A DNA stretch of 64,000 nucleotides from Verrucomicrobiia bacterium (GCA_030425485.1 JAUIAM010000014.1:1810-65809), one strand, 5' to 3'; counted from the first letter of the stretch, positions 46,791-58,585 are shown. Notes: generated by a model not told the origin, from the sequence alone. A program made the numbers and translations.

Positions 46791-48173
46791 ATGCTAATAG
46801 CTATGCCAAGGATACACGCATACACGGGTTTGCTTTGCCTCTTTACGCTTCTGCTGCAGTCAGCATGCAGCGAGGACAAGGCCGATAAACAACACAAGTT
46901 GCCACCGCGCACCGTCAAGGCAGCGACTGCCGAGGCCAAGACCGTGCCCTACTATTTCGAAACCCTGGGACGGACGACTTCGCTGGAGAGCGTCAATATC
47001 GTGTCCCAGGTCGACGGGCAGATCGTGGGCGTACACTTTACGCAGGGTGCGATGGTCAAAAAGGGCGACCTCTTGTTTACCATCTATCAGCCACCCTATG
47101 AGGCGATGGTAACGCAGGCCAGGGGCAAGCTCATGCAGTCCATCGCCGCGCTGGAAATCGCCAAGCTGGAGGTCGAGCGCAATGCTCCGCTCGTGCCGCA
47201 GAAACTCGTGTCCGAGCAGGATTTTGAGCAGTTGGAAGCCAACGTCATCGAGCTCGAAGGGCAAGTGGAGGAAAACACGGGCCTGCTCGAAAGCGCCCAG
47301 GTCAACCTCGACTACTGCACCATCGAGGCGCCGGTGGACGGCATGATCGGCATCTACGACGTCAACCTCGGTAACGTGGTTACGGCCATGTCGGGGGAGA
47401 CCCTGACCACGATTCAGCAGATGGACCCCATCTACATTGATTTCATTGCCCCGACGACGCAGTTTCCCGAAGTCCTCAAGTACTATAATGAGTACGGCGG
47501 CAAGTTGGTCGCTGAGGTGAGCTACCTCGACAAGGGTGGGGTGACGCGAGATGCAGAGCTGACCATTCTGGGCAACCGCGTCGCAGAAAACACCGGTACG
47601 GTAAATCTCCGCGCTACAATGGAGAACAAGGACCGCGCCTTTTGGCCTAACCAGCCCGTTTCGGTGAAACTGATTTTGACCCACCTCGAAGGCGCAGTCG
47701 TTGTGCCCGGTGGCGCCATCGCCCTGGGGCAGCAGGGGCCTTACGCCTTTGTCATCAAGTCGGACAACACCGTGGAGCAACGCCCGGTAACGGTCGGGCA
47801 GGGCCAGAGCGGCGACACCGTCGTCGTCAGTGAGGGGCTCAAGGCCGGGGAGCGTGTCGTCATCGACGGTCAGGTTTTCCTCATGCCGGGCGAGGAAGTC
47901 ATCGTGACCAACACGAAACAGGTCAAGCTGCCCAAGGACATGACCGACAAGGTAATCGCCCTCCTCAAGGAGCACGACAAGGGCTCACCCGAACTCTTCA
48001 AGCAGATCGAGACGAGCGGCCAATTACCCTACAAGTTGATCGAGAACCTCAAGGCTCACGGCAAGCTTTCGGCCAAGGAAGTCGCCTTCATCGAGCAGCT
48101 CGAAGGCCTTGGCGGTGGGGACAAGGGCGGGACTCCTGCCAAACCCGACCAGAGCAAGGACGCAGCCAAGTAA
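46791..48173 (+). CDS. RND efflux periplasmic adaptor (MFP) with extended C-terminus
   Basis: Lipoprotein-like N-terminus (...LLLQSAC). Biotinyl-lipoyl hairpin / coiled-coil pattern and YCTIEAPVDG. About 80 extra residues follow the beta-barrel / membrane-proximal region. Confidence 0.85.
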   Translation: MLIAMPRIHAYTGLLCLFTLLLQSACSEDKADKQHKLPPRTVKAATAEAKTVPYYFETLGRTTSLESVNIVSQVDGQIVGVHFTQGAMVKKGDLLFTIYQPPYEAMVTQARGKLMQSIAALEIAKLEVERNAPLVPQKLVSEQDFEQLEANVIELEGQVEENTGLLESAQVNLDYCTIEAPVDGMIGIYDVNLGNVVTAMSGETLTTIQQMDPIYIDFIAPTTQFPEVLKYYNEYGGKLVAEVSYLDKGGVTRDAELTILGNRVAENTGTVNLRATMENKDRAFWPNQPVSVKLILTHLEGAVVVPGGAIALGQQGPYAFVIKSDNTVEQRPVTVGQGQSGDTVVVSEGLKAGERVVIDGQVFLMPGEEVIVTNTKQVKLPKDMTDKVIALLKEHDKGSPELFKQIETSGQLPYKLIENLKAHGKLSAKEVAFIEQLEGLGGGDKGGTPAKPDQSKDAAK

Positions 48174-48194
48174 ACTCAGGCCGGAACACGCATT

Positions 48195-51100
48195 ATGGCT
48201 TCCATTTCCGATCCTTACGTAAAACGGCCCGTCATGACGCTGCTGCTGTCGCTCTCGGCAGTGCTGTTTGGCGTCTGGAGCTACACCCAGCTCCCGGTCA
48301 GTGACTTGCCCAACGTCGATTACCCGGTCATCCAGGTGTCGGCCAGCTACCCCGGTGCCACGCCGGACATCATGGCGGCCAACGTGGCTTCACCCCTGGA
48401 GCAGCAGTTCCTGCAGATTGATGGCATCGAGATCATCACCTCGTCCAATACGCAGGGCAATAGCAGCATCGTACTCCAGTTTAGCTTGGAGAAAAGCATC
48501 GACGCGGCGGCCACAGACGTAAGCGCGGCCATTAACCGTGCCCAGGGCAACCTCCCGCAGGACTTGCCCAGCCCCCCGACTTACCAGAAGACCAACCCCA
48601 ACGAGCAGCCCATTATCTACATTGGTCTGGCCTCAACCACCATGACCCTGGGCGACCTCTACGACCTGGCCTTCATGCAGGTGGCCCAGCGCATCCAGAT
48701 CATTGAGGGCGTCTCGCAGGTGGAAGTCTTCGGCTCAGCGCGCTCGGTGCGTGTGCAGCTCGATCCGCAAAAACTCTACAACCGCGGCCTGACCTTTGAC
48801 CAGGTGACCAGCGCCATCCAGCAGAGCACGAACACCCTCGGCGCGGGCGAGCTCAAGGGCAAGAACCTGACCTTTGCCATCCAGCCAAATGCCCAACTGG
48901 ATAAGGCGGAGCAGTACAATGACCTCATCATCGCGATCAAGGGTGGCCGCCCGATTTACCTCCGGGACATCGGTAAGGCCATCGACGCCATCCAGGCCGA
49001 AGACCTTTACATGGACTATTGGCAGGAGGGTGTGCCTGATAATGCCGCCGCTATCGTGCTGGCTGTGCAAAAAGCAGACGGGGCCAACGCAGTGGAAATC
49101 GCCAACAAGGTGCGCGAGCTCTTTCCGACCATCCGCGAGGTCATTCCCAGTTCGGTTATCGTCGAAGACATCTACGACCGCTCTGTCACGATTAAGGCCT
49201 CTGTCGATGACGTGCAAGAGACGCTCATCATCGCCTTCGTGCTGGTTTGCGGCGTCATTTTCCTCTTCCTTGGCCGCGCCCGCGACACCCTCATCCCGGT
49301 TGTCGCGCTGCCCATGTCGCTATTGCTGACCTTCGTGGTCATGCACCTGCTCGGCTACACGTTGGATAACCTCTCCCTCATGGCGTTGACGCTCTCCATC
49401 GGCTTCCTGGTGGACGACGCCGTGGTCTTCCTTGAGAACATGGTCCGCCGCATGCAGGACTATGGCGAGGACCCCATGACGGCCACGCTCAACGGGGCCA
49501 AGGAGATCAGCTTTACCATTTTATCCATGACGCTCTCACTGGCCGCGGTCTTTATTCCGCTGGTCTTCATGGACGGGCTCATGGGGCGCATCTTCCGCGA
49601 GTTCGGCGTCACCATCGTGGTGGCGGTGCTCATGTCCGGTTTGGTTTCGCTCACGCTGACCCCGCTCATGTGCGCGCGCATGCTCAAGCAGCACTCCAAG
49701 GATCAATCGGGCTGGACGGCAATGGAGAAGCTGGCCCACAAGGTCGAGCACTGGTGCCTGAGCATTTACGACCCCACGCTGAGCTTCTGCCTGCGCCACA
49801 AGTGGCTCTCTGCCCTGTGCTGGCTCGCCTGCATGGCGGGGGTGATTATCTTTGGCATGGCGGTGCCGACGACCTTCATCCCCACGGGTGACAGCGGTTT
49901 CATCCAGGGGGTTTTCGTGGCCCAGTCGGGCGCTTCCCCCGAGCGCATGCAGCAGTACCAGCACGAGATACGCCGGGTCATCAAGGAAAACGAGTACGTG
50001 AAGAACTTCGTTACCGTGAGCGGGGTCGGCCAATTCATTCAGAGCAACTACGGCATCATGTTCATTTCGCTCAATGACAAGCGTCCCCCGGGTGGCATTG
50101 AGGAGGTGAACAATATGCTCATGGGCGGGATGGCAGCTATCCCGGGTATTATCCCGGCGATCCGCGCTCAGCCTTCGCTCGAAATCAGCACCGGGGCGAC
50201 GAATACCAACCTCGGCGCCTACGCCTACACCCTGTCTGGTCTCGACACGGACGCCATTTACAGCGCTTCGCAGCAGCTTCAAGGTGCGATGATGCAGAGT
50301 GGTCTCTTTGCCAGTGTACGTAGTGACCTCTACCTGGACAACCCGCAGGTGAACATGAATATCCGCCGTGATATGGGGTCGGTCTACGGTGTCACCGCGA
50401 CAAACTTTGCCACGGTGCTGAAGGACGCCTACTCGCTTAACTACGCCTACCTCATTAAGAGCCCCTTCCTGCAGTACCAGGTCATCGTGGAGGCAGAGCC
50501 CGAGTGGCGCTCCAAGCCGCTCGACTTGCAGTCGCTCTACATGGACAGCGCGCTGAACCAAAGCCCGCTCTACGTGGGAGGTTCCAACACCTACGTCATC
50601 GACAACAGCCTCGTGCCACTGGAGAATGTGAGCAGCTACACCGAAAATGTCGGTCCGCTCGCCGTTAATCACTACAACAATTTCAGCTCGGTTACGCTGT
50701 ACTTCGACCTCGCGCCCGGTGTACCCATTGGCGCCGCCACGGCCTTGATCGATAAGAAGGCCAAGGAAGTGGTGCCCACATCGGTCATGACGCAGTTCCA
50801 GGGGCAGGCGCTGCTCTTTCAGGAGACCGTCATCAGCATGGGTATTATGGCCATCGTGGCCGTGTTCGTCATGTACGTTATCCTGGGTATCCTTTACGAA
50901 AGCTGGATTCACCCGATCACCGTGCTGACCTCGCTACCTGTCGCGGTGGTGGGCGGTCTGGCCACCTTGCTCATCCTCGACCAGACGCTTTCGCTCTACG
51001 CGGGCATCGGTATGTTTATGCTCATGGGTATCGTGAAGAAAAACGGCATCATGATGATCGACTTCGCTATCATGCGTCAGGAGGAAGGCCTTGACCGTAA

Positions 51101-51416
51101 GGCCGCCGTTCACGAAGCCTGCATGGAGCGTTTCCGGCCCATCATTATGACAACTGCCGCTGCGCTGCTTGGCGCCGTGCCGATCGCGCTGGGGTGGGGG
51201 GCTGACGCCGCCGCCCGCAAGCCGCTCGGCTCGTCTATCGTGGGCGGTCTGATCGTGTCGCAGCTCATTACGCTCTACATTACGCCGGCTCTGTACCTGT
51301 ATTTCGACGCCTTCCAGGAAAAGGTGATGGATAAGATCCCGCTCTTCCAGCGCGGCGAACGTATCAAAACCGAAGTCCAAGGCGAAAACCAGTCCAGCCC
51401 GGAGGCGCAATCATGA
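48195..51416 (+). CDS. RND efflux permease (AcrB/MdtB-like)
   Basis: 1073 aa, 12-TM AcrB architecture, N-terminal ...KRPVMTLLLSL... and conserved TM4 region GFLVDDAVV. Confidence 0.9.
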   Translation: MASISDPYVKRPVMTLLLSLSAVLFGVWSYTQLPVSDLPNVDYPVIQVSASYPGATPDIMAANVASPLEQQFLQIDGIEIITSSNTQGNSSIVLQFSLEKSIDAAATDVSAAINRAQGNLPQDLPSPPTYQKTNPNEQPIIYIGLASTTMTLGDLYDLAFMQVAQRIQIIEGVSQVEVFGSARSVRVQLDPQKLYNRGLTFDQVTSAIQQSTNTLGAGELKGKNLTFAIQPNAQLDKAEQYNDLIIAIKGGRPIYLRDIGKAIDAIQAEDLYMDYWQEGVPDNAAAIVLAVQKADGANAVEIANKVRELFPTIREVIPSSVIVEDIYDRSVTIKASVDDVQETLIIAFVLVCGVIFLFLGRARDTLIPVVALPMSLLLTFVVMHLLGYTLDNLSLMALTLSIGFLVDDAVVFLENMVRRMQDYGEDPMTATLNGAKEISFTILSMTLSLAAVFIPLVFMDGLMGRIFREFGVTIVVAVLMSGLVSLTLTPLMCARMLKQHSKDQSGWTAMEKLAHKVEHWCLSIYDPTLSFCLRHKWLSALCWLACMAGVIIFGMAVPTTFIPTGDSGFIQGVFVAQSGASPERMQQYQHEIRRVIKENEYVKNFVTVSGVGQFIQSNYGIMFISLNDKRPPGGIEEVNNMLMGGMAAIPGIIPAIRAQPSLEISTGATNTNLGAYAYTLSGLDTDAIYSASQQLQGAMMQSGLFASVRSDLYLDNPQVNMNIRRDMGSVYGVTATNFATVLKDAYSLNYAYLIKSPFLQYQVIVEAEPEWRSKPLDLQSLYMDSALNQSPLYVGGSNTYVIDNSLVPLENVSSYTENVGPLAVNHYNNFSSVTLYFDLAPGVPIGAATALIDKKAKEVVPTSVMTQFQGQALLFQETVISMGIMAIVAVFVMYVILGILYESWIHPITVLTSLPVAVVGGLATLLILDQTLSLYAGIGMFMLMGIVKKNGIMMIDFAIMRQEEGLDRKAAVHEACMERFRPIIMTTAAALLGAVPIALGWGADAAARKPLGSSIVGGLIVSQLITLYITPALYLYFDAFQEKVMDKIPLFQRGERIKTEVQGENQSSPEAQS

Positions 51417-53191
51417 TTACGGCCTTGTTTTCTCAGTCTATGGATATGTCAGTCCTCACGGGGCGTGTTGCCCGCCTGGGTGCCATCGGGCTCCTTGCCT
51501 GTGGCTTAATGACCTCTTGCGTTAACGTCGACGAGGAGGTCTCGCGCCGCCCGAGCGAACTGTGGAAGCCGCCCGCCGAGGCCTTGCCCGGAAAGGACAT
51601 CACCGTGCCTGGTCCTCGCCCGACCAAGGCCTCCGATCTGCTCGGCGCCGGTCCTGTTGACTTGCCCACCTTGCTCGATGTGGCTCTGGAGAACAACCCA
51701 GAGACGCGTGCTTCCTGGTATCAGGCCAAGTCCGCCGCCGCCGCCTATGGGCAGAGCCAGAGCCCGTACTATCCGACTGTTACCGTAGGGGCCAGCGTGG
51801 GCCGCGAGTACTACAAGAACGAAGTCGTGCCCGGCACGTCCAACTTTACCACCTATGGCCCGTCGCTCCAAATGAGCTGGTTGCTGTTTAATTTTGGCAA
51901 GCGTTCGGCCACGGCAGACTCCGCCCGCGAATCCCTCTACGCAGCGAACTTTGCCTACAACCAGATTTACCAGGACATCGTTCTGCAGGTCATCACCGCC
52001 TACTATGCTCTGCATACGGCAAACGCCTCGCTCGCGGCGACCGAGGCTTCGCTGGAAAATGCCCGCGCCACTTACGACGCAGCCAACACCCGTCTCGAAA
52101 CGGGGCTGGGCAACAAGCAGGATATGCTCCGCTCCCTCGCCGATGTGAAGAGCGTCGAGGCGCAGCTGGAGCTCGACTACGCCGACATCGAAGCCGCTCG
52201 CGCCCAGCTAGCCGCCGCGGTGGGTATCCGCGTCGGCGAGTACCTGACCATCGTTGCGCCGGATGCGCCACCAAGCTTTGAAGGCATCGATCAGGACGTG
52301 AGCACGATGGTTGCCATCGCGCTGCAGCAGCGACCAGATATGTTGCAGGCTTACGCCGAAACCCGCGCCGCTGAGTACGATCTCGAAGCTGCACAGGCCG
52401 ACCTCTGGCCCGAGTTTGGCGTCGAGATGACCAGCTCGCTGACCGAATTTGATGGCCGCGCCTACAACCCGTCAGAAAACTTCCGCGCCGCCCTCGTCAT
52501 GGAGTGGGACATCTTTCAGGGCTTTAACAAAAAGTACGCCATCGAGAATTCACGCGCGCAGTTGCGTCAGCAGGAAGCCGACGTCATGGCCCAAAAGCTG
52601 AGCATCGTTTCGAACGTGTGGACCTTCTACTTCGCCTTTCGCTCCGCCATCAAGCAGGTTGACGCTGCCCGCGAGGCACTCGTTGCCCAGCAGCAGGCTT
52701 ACGACGCGATTTCCATTGGCTACGAGACGGGCATAAACAGCTTGCTCGACCTGCTCACCGCGCAGCAGGACCTCGATACGACCCGCCAGTTGCTCGTTGA
52801 TTCCGAGTCAAACCTGGCCAACTCCATTGTCAATCTCGCCAATGCCGTGGGCACGCTTCCTCAGCCCTCGCGCAGCATCGAGGAGCAGTACGCGCGTCAA
52901 TCGCTTAGCAAGGAGCAGCAGGAGCGACTCGCAGTTGACGGCTACTACCGCGATAATGATCCGGACCCGGAGCCGCTCGAGCCGCAGTGGATGGAAGATA
53001 AGTCTGACGCTGATAGCGAGCAGGCCGAAGCCAAGCCTTTACCCAATCCCGTTTCGCCCGAGCCGAATTTCCATCCGGAGCGACCGGAGGGAGGCCATGA
53101 GTCTGCCTCTACTGAGTCAGACTCAAACGCTGCCGCTGAGATGCCCAATCCGACCAAGCCCGAGCCGGCCAACGCGGTTGATAGCCAATAG
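51413..53191 (+). CDS. TolC-family outer-membrane efflux protein with a long acidic/Pro-rich C-terminal tail
   Basis: ATGA overlap with the RND gene. Two OEP repeats are present (...LDVALENNPE...; ...IALQQRPDM...). The last ~110 aa are low-complexity. Confidence 0.8.
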   Translation: MITALFSQSMDMSVLTGRVARLGAIGLLACGLMTSCVNVDEEVSRRPSELWKPPAEALPGKDITVPGPRPTKASDLLGAGPVDLPTLLDVALENNPETRASWYQAKSAAAAYGQSQSPYYPTVTVGASVGREYYKNEVVPGTSNFTTYGPSLQMSWLLFNFGKRSATADSARESLYAANFAYNQIYQDIVLQVITAYYALHTANASLAATEASLENARATYDAANTRLETGLGNKQDMLRSLADVKSVEAQLELDYADIEAARAQLAAAVGIRVGEYLTIVAPDAPPSFEGIDQDVSTMVAIALQQRPDMLQAYAETRAAEYDLEAAQADLWPEFGVEMTSSLTEFDGRAYNPSENFRAALVMEWDIFQGFNKKYAIENSRAQLRQQEADVMAQKLSIVSNVWTFYFAFRSAIKQVDAAREALVAQQQAYDAISIGYETGINSLLDLLTAQQDLDTTRQLLVDSESNLANSIVNLANAVGTLPQPSRSIEEQYARQSLSKEQQERLAVDGYYRDNDPDPEPLEPQWMEDKSDADSEQAEAKPLPNPVSPEPNFHPERPEGGHESASTESDSNAAAEMPNPTKPEPANAVDSQ

Positions 53192-53194
53192 CGT

Positions 53195-55570
53195 CTAGCC
53201 GCGCCCAAGGCGCAGAGTCACGATCCCCAAGGTGGCAAGCGAGCTAAGTGGCATGATGATGGCCGCAAGCAGCGGGTGCATCATGCCCGCCAGGCATACG
53301 GCTACCGCCAGCACATTATAGGCGATGGCAAAAGCCAGTATGTCACGCATGGCCAGATGCCGATTGCTCGCTAGGCTAAAGAGCGCACTGAGTCCCTTCA
53401 GGCTTTGGCCGATGAGGTAAAAATCCGCCTTCTGCTCAAGCAGGCCCTTGTCCACCACGGGCGTGCCGCGGCACAGTGCGCGGTCAAAGGCCAGGCTGTC
53501 GTTTGCCCCGTCGCCTAACATCATGGCGGAGTTCGGCGTGTTTGCGTCGATCCAGTTCGCTTTGTCCGTGGGAGTCATGTTGCCGAGCCCGCATTCTCTG
53601 GGCAGCCCAAGTTCACGGGTGAGTATATCGACTTTTTCCTGACGGTCTCCGCTGAGGATTTGGTGGCGATAACCGCTCGCGCTCAGCGCCTGTATTTCCT
53701 CGCTGGCATCGGGGCGTACGGCTTCGCTAAATGAAAAGTGAGCGGTCGGCTCGCCGTTGCAGCGCAGTTCACTGTCAAAGGGGCGGTCCTGCTGTATCGA
53801 AAAATCCATGCCAGTATTTTCGGTGCCGTCCCAGCCTGGTCGCCCAAGCGACCAGCGCTTGTCACCATCGTGCCACACCAGGCCAAAGCCCACATGCTCG
53901 ACCACGTCGTTGACCTGATGGGTGCCGCCGACGACGCTCAGGCTCTCCCTCAGCGCGCGGCTCACCGGGTGCAGGCTTCGCTCGACAAGGTGGGAGAGGG
54001 CTTCCCTGGCCTCGGGCAGCAGCGTGTCGATGGCTTCGGGATTGCTCAGTTGCGGCGATTCCAGGGTGAGCGTTCCGGTCTTGTCAAAGAGAATGCTTTT
54101 CACCCGGGACAGGCGTGTCCACAGGGATGGCTCGCGCACAAAGACACCGGATTGGCGCAGGCGAGAAATGGCCAGCTCATTGGCCAGCGGGTAGGCAACA
54201 CCCAGAGCGCACGGGCATGAGACGACAAGCACGGAGATGAAGACCTGCAGGGTAGCAAGGATGTTGCCGCTGGTAAGCCACCAGCCGATTGCGCCAGCAA
54301 AGGCCACCACGAGGACGGTCCCCAGATAGCTGCGCAGGATGCGCTCCAGTGCTGTGTTGCGCTCCTGTGGCTGTGTGATGTCGAGCAGGCGACGCAGGAG
54401 GGATTCGCTCCAGGTTTCCTCTGCTTGTATTGAGATTTCTGATACACCTGTGTAGAGCGCTCCCGAGGGTACGAGCTCGCCGGGGCGAAGGCTCCGCGGC
54501 TCGGCCTCGCCGTTTATCCATTCCAGCGAAAAGGTGGCGCCGGCATCCCCCAGGCGTGCGCAGACGGGAACCAGCTCACCGGGCTGGATGCGTATGCGCT
54601 GCCCGGCCTTGAGCTTGTCCAGCGAAATAGGCGCGGGCTCGCCATCGCCTTCTACCACTCGCACGTTGACGGGTTTGCGCTCTGCACTGAGCAGGCGGTT
54701 GCGGTTCTTCTCCAGCGCGTACTCTTGCGTCCAGCGTCCAAGCAGCATGAGGAAAATAAAGATGGCGACGAAATCGAAGTAGAGCAGATGGGCGGTTTGC
54801 GTCAGCCAGCCTGCGAGTGATCCGATATAGGCTATGATGATGCCGAGGGCGATCGGCAGGTCGATATGGAGCACACGCTGTCGCAGCGCCGCAACTGCGC
54901 GGGTGATAAAGTAGCTTCCGCCGACGACCAGGCACAGCGTGGAGAAAAGCACACTGAGGAGTTCTAGTGTACTGGCCAGCGGAAAGGTTTCCTCCATGCC
55001 AAGGTAGCGGGGGAGGGTAAACATCATGGCGTTCAGCGCGAACGCGCCGCACAGGCCAAGGCGTGAAGTAAGCTTACTGCTGGTGCTGCGCTCCTGAGTG
55101 CCGGGCGGGCCGACCAGATAGCCAAACTGCTGGAGCTCGCGGGCAAAGGCGAGTGCGTCAAAGGCTCCCGGCTGCCAGCTCAGGCGCATTTGGCCGCGCT
55201 GTGCGTTCACTTCGATTTTGCGCGCTCCCGCTTGACGATCGAAGAGCTTATCAATGAGCCAGACGCAGCCGATACAGGAGATGCCCTGTAACTCCAGGAC
55301 AAGCACGGGCTGCTCGGGCGAAGTCGTTTCAGCTTCCTTGACCAGTTCCTCCAACCACGCGTACTGGCGGGGCTGAAAGGGGATGCCTTTGACTGGGTCA
55401 GAGGTACCGCGGCGCAACTGGTAAAACTGATCGAGCCCCTGCCCGCGGATCAGCCCGTAGACAAATTCGCAGCCCTTGCAGCAGAAGTCATCACTCTCCC
55501 GGCGAGGGTGAAATGTAGTGCCACAATGGATACACTTCTTGTCTTCGGGCGTAGTCGAGTGCGAGTTCAA
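53195..55570 (-). CDS. ccoI: Copper-translocating P1B-type ATPase, CcoI/FixI type
   Basis: N-terminal CIHCGT...CCKGCEFVY metal-binding domain, a CPC TM motif (VVSCPCALG), DKTGTLT and GDGANDS. It is the last gene of the cco cluster. Confidence 0.85.
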   Translation of the reverse strand: MNSHSTTPEDKKCIHCGTTFHPRRESDDFCCKGCEFVYGLIRGQGLDQFYQLRRGTSDPVKGIPFQPRQYAWLEELVKEAETTSPEQPVLVLELQGISCIGCVWLIDKLFDRQAGARKIEVNAQRGQMRLSWQPGAFDALAFARELQQFGYLVGPPGTQERSTSSKLTSRLGLCGAFALNAMMFTLPRYLGMEETFPLASTLELLSVLFSTLCLVVGGSYFITRAVAALRQRVLHIDLPIALGIIIAYIGSLAGWLTQTAHLLYFDFVAIFIFLMLLGRWTQEYALEKNRNRLLSAERKPVNVRVVEGDGEPAPISLDKLKAGQRIRIQPGELVPVCARLGDAGATFSLEWINGEAEPRSLRPGELVPSGALYTGVSEISIQAEETWSESLLRRLLDITQPQERNTALERILRSYLGTVLVVAFAGAIGWWLTSGNILATLQVFISVLVVSCPCALGVAYPLANELAISRLRQSGVFVREPSLWTRLSRVKSILFDKTGTLTLESPQLSNPEAIDTLLPEAREALSHLVERSLHPVSRALRESLSVVGGTHQVNDVVEHVGFGLVWHDGDKRWSLGRPGWDGTENTGMDFSIQQDRPFDSELRCNGEPTAHFSFSEAVRPDASEEIQALSASGYRHQILSGDRQEKVDILTRELGLPRECGLGNMTPTDKANWIDANTPNSAMMLGDGANDSLAFDRALCRGTPVVDKGLLEQKADFYLIGQSLKGLSALFSLASNRHLAMRDILAFAIAYNVLAVAVCLAGMMHPLLAAIIMPLSSLATLGIVTLRLGRG

Positions 55571-55588
55571 CGGACAGGTTCCTTTAGC

Positions 55589-56272
55589 CTAGTGGCAGAT
55601 CATGCCGTCGAGGCCGTTACTGCTGCTGAGCATACGCCAACTGATGAGTGCCGCTGCCGCAAGCGCGATCGCGCACTGCGTCCAGCGTAGCGCATTGGCG
55701 GGCAGTTTTGTTTTTAGCCAAAAGTACCCGCTCTGTCCCGCCCAGAGGAGGGGAATGGTTCCCAGGGCAAAACCAAAGCCGATCTCGGCACCGACAAGGG
55801 CTGAGCCGCTGAACAGACAGAGGGTAAATATCAGGTAGAGTGGGCCGCAGGGGATGAATGGCGTCAGCAAGCCGAGTCCGGCACCAACGAGTGGTTGCGG
55901 CATTTTTCGTACCTTCAGGGTCATCCGAGCGTAGAAGCGGTGCCAGGCCTTGGGTTTCGGGATGTAGCGATCCAGCCGCAGTGCCAGCACAATCAGCAGT
56001 GCGACCATGACCCACGGAAATACCCGAAAGGCTTTCAGCGTAAAAACGTCCAGTACCTGCGAGCCGACCCAGCCCGCGAGCAGTCCGAGTGTGCTGTAGG
56101 CGACGACTCGCGCAGCATGGTAACTGCCTAGCGCCCACTGTTGACTGCCCTGCGGCTTACCCATCGGTAGAATCGCGCAGCCGATGGGGCCGCACATGCC
56201 GACGCAGTGCGGACTGGTGAGCAGGCCCGCGACAAAGGCCATGGCCGCACCGTCTATAACTTGGATATTCAC
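55589..56272 (-). CDS. TauE/SafE- or DsbD_2-like membrane protein of cco clusters
   Basis: Polytopic protein with the N-terminal HCVGMCGP motif. Its position between ccoG and ccoI is as in Bacteroidota-type cco loci. Confidence 0.6.
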   Translation of the reverse strand: MNIQVIDGAAMAFVAGLLTSPHCVGMCGPIGCAILPMGKPQGSQQWALGSYHAARVVAYSTLGLLAGWVGSQVLDVFTLKAFRVFPWVMVALLIVLALRLDRYIPKPKAWHRFYARMTLKVRKMPQPLVGAGLGLLTPFIPCGPLYLIFTLCLFSGSALVGAEIGFGFALGTIPLLWAGQSGYFWLKTKLPANALRWTQCAIALAAAALISWRMLSSSNGLDGMICH

Positions 56273-56340
56273 GCTCGATAAGGAGTTGGGCAGGTGTACT
56301 GCAAAGGCAAAGCTTGCTCCCGGGATGGCTGCAGGTCAAG

Positions 56341-56562
56341 TCACTCAGCAACAGAGTCTGCCGATGTCGCGGAATTTATTTCTCCAGTCGTAGCTGGTGC
56401 TTGCTCCAGCTCGATGACTTCGGGGCGGTTGTTTGCCGCCACATAGATGAGCGTGCTCCAGGCGCTTATCAAGAGGACGAAGGCGAGCACGACCCAGAAC
56501 CACAGCGACTTGAACGGGTTGCGGCGTGTCTTGGTGGCTGTCGGACTGGGATTCTCGGGCAT
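56341..56562 (-). CDS. Hypothetical 73-aa single-TM protein in the FixH/CcoH position
   Basis: ATG lies 1 nt after the ccoG stop. One TM helix (LWFWVVLAFVLLISAWSTLIYV). It is much shorter than canonical FixH. Confidence 0.5.
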   Translation of the reverse strand: MPENPSPTATKTRRNPFKSLWFWVVLAFVLLISAWSTLIYVAANNRPEVIELEQAPATTGEINSATSADSVAE

Positions 56563-56563
56563 A

Positions 56564-58018
<1,455 letters not shown>

Positions 58019-58024
58019 AACGGC

Positions 58025-58585
58025 CTAGTCGGTCTTTACCGTGGCCTGGCTCTCCATGCTGGCGCGATCTCCGTGATGGGATAAAATGTAGGCCACCAGC
58101 TCGGTGATCGACTTCTGCCCGAGTTGATTGCCCCATGCCTGCATGCCGGTGCCCTTCACGCCATCATAGATCGTGTGGTAGATGTCGGCGGGGTAGTGGC
58201 CATGCTTCCACTGGTTATCGATGAGGTTCTCGCCAATGCCGCCCTTGAGGTCTGCGCCGTGGCACTGCACGCAGTTGGTCTGAAAGGCCTGCTTACCCGC
58301 ATCGACAAAATCGGGGTTGGAGGCCATTTGCCAGAACAGGTCGTTGTTGGACACGTCGATCGAGCTGGAGAGCTTCACCGTCTCGATGCGAACGAGCTCG
58401 GCTTCAAGCCGTTGTACGTCGGACTGCCCTACGTTGCTCTGGAAATAGAAAAACCAGTACACAACGGAGAAGGCGATGGCCGCGTAGAGGGTGAACAGCC
58501 ACCAGTTGGGCAGGTGCTGGTCGTATTCCTGAATGCCGTCGTAGACGTGTGGGCGCAGGGTGATTTCATTCTTTTTCTTGGCCAT
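58025..58585 (-). CDS. ccoP: cbb3 oxidase subunit III, mono-haem form
   Basis: FixP-N motif (YDGIQEYDQHLPNWW + TM) and a single CVQCH haem-c site. 186 aa versus ~290 aa for dihaem CcoP. Confidence 0.8.
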   Translation of the reverse strand: MAKKKNEITLRPHVYDGIQEYDQHLPNWWLFTLYAAIAFSVVYWFFYFQSNVGQSDVQRLEAELVRIETVKLSSSIDVSNNDLFWQMASNPDFVDAGKQAFQTNCVQCHGADLKGGIGENLIDNQWKHGHYPADIYHTIYDGVKGTGMQAWGNQLGQKSITELVAYILSHHGDRASMESQATVKTD

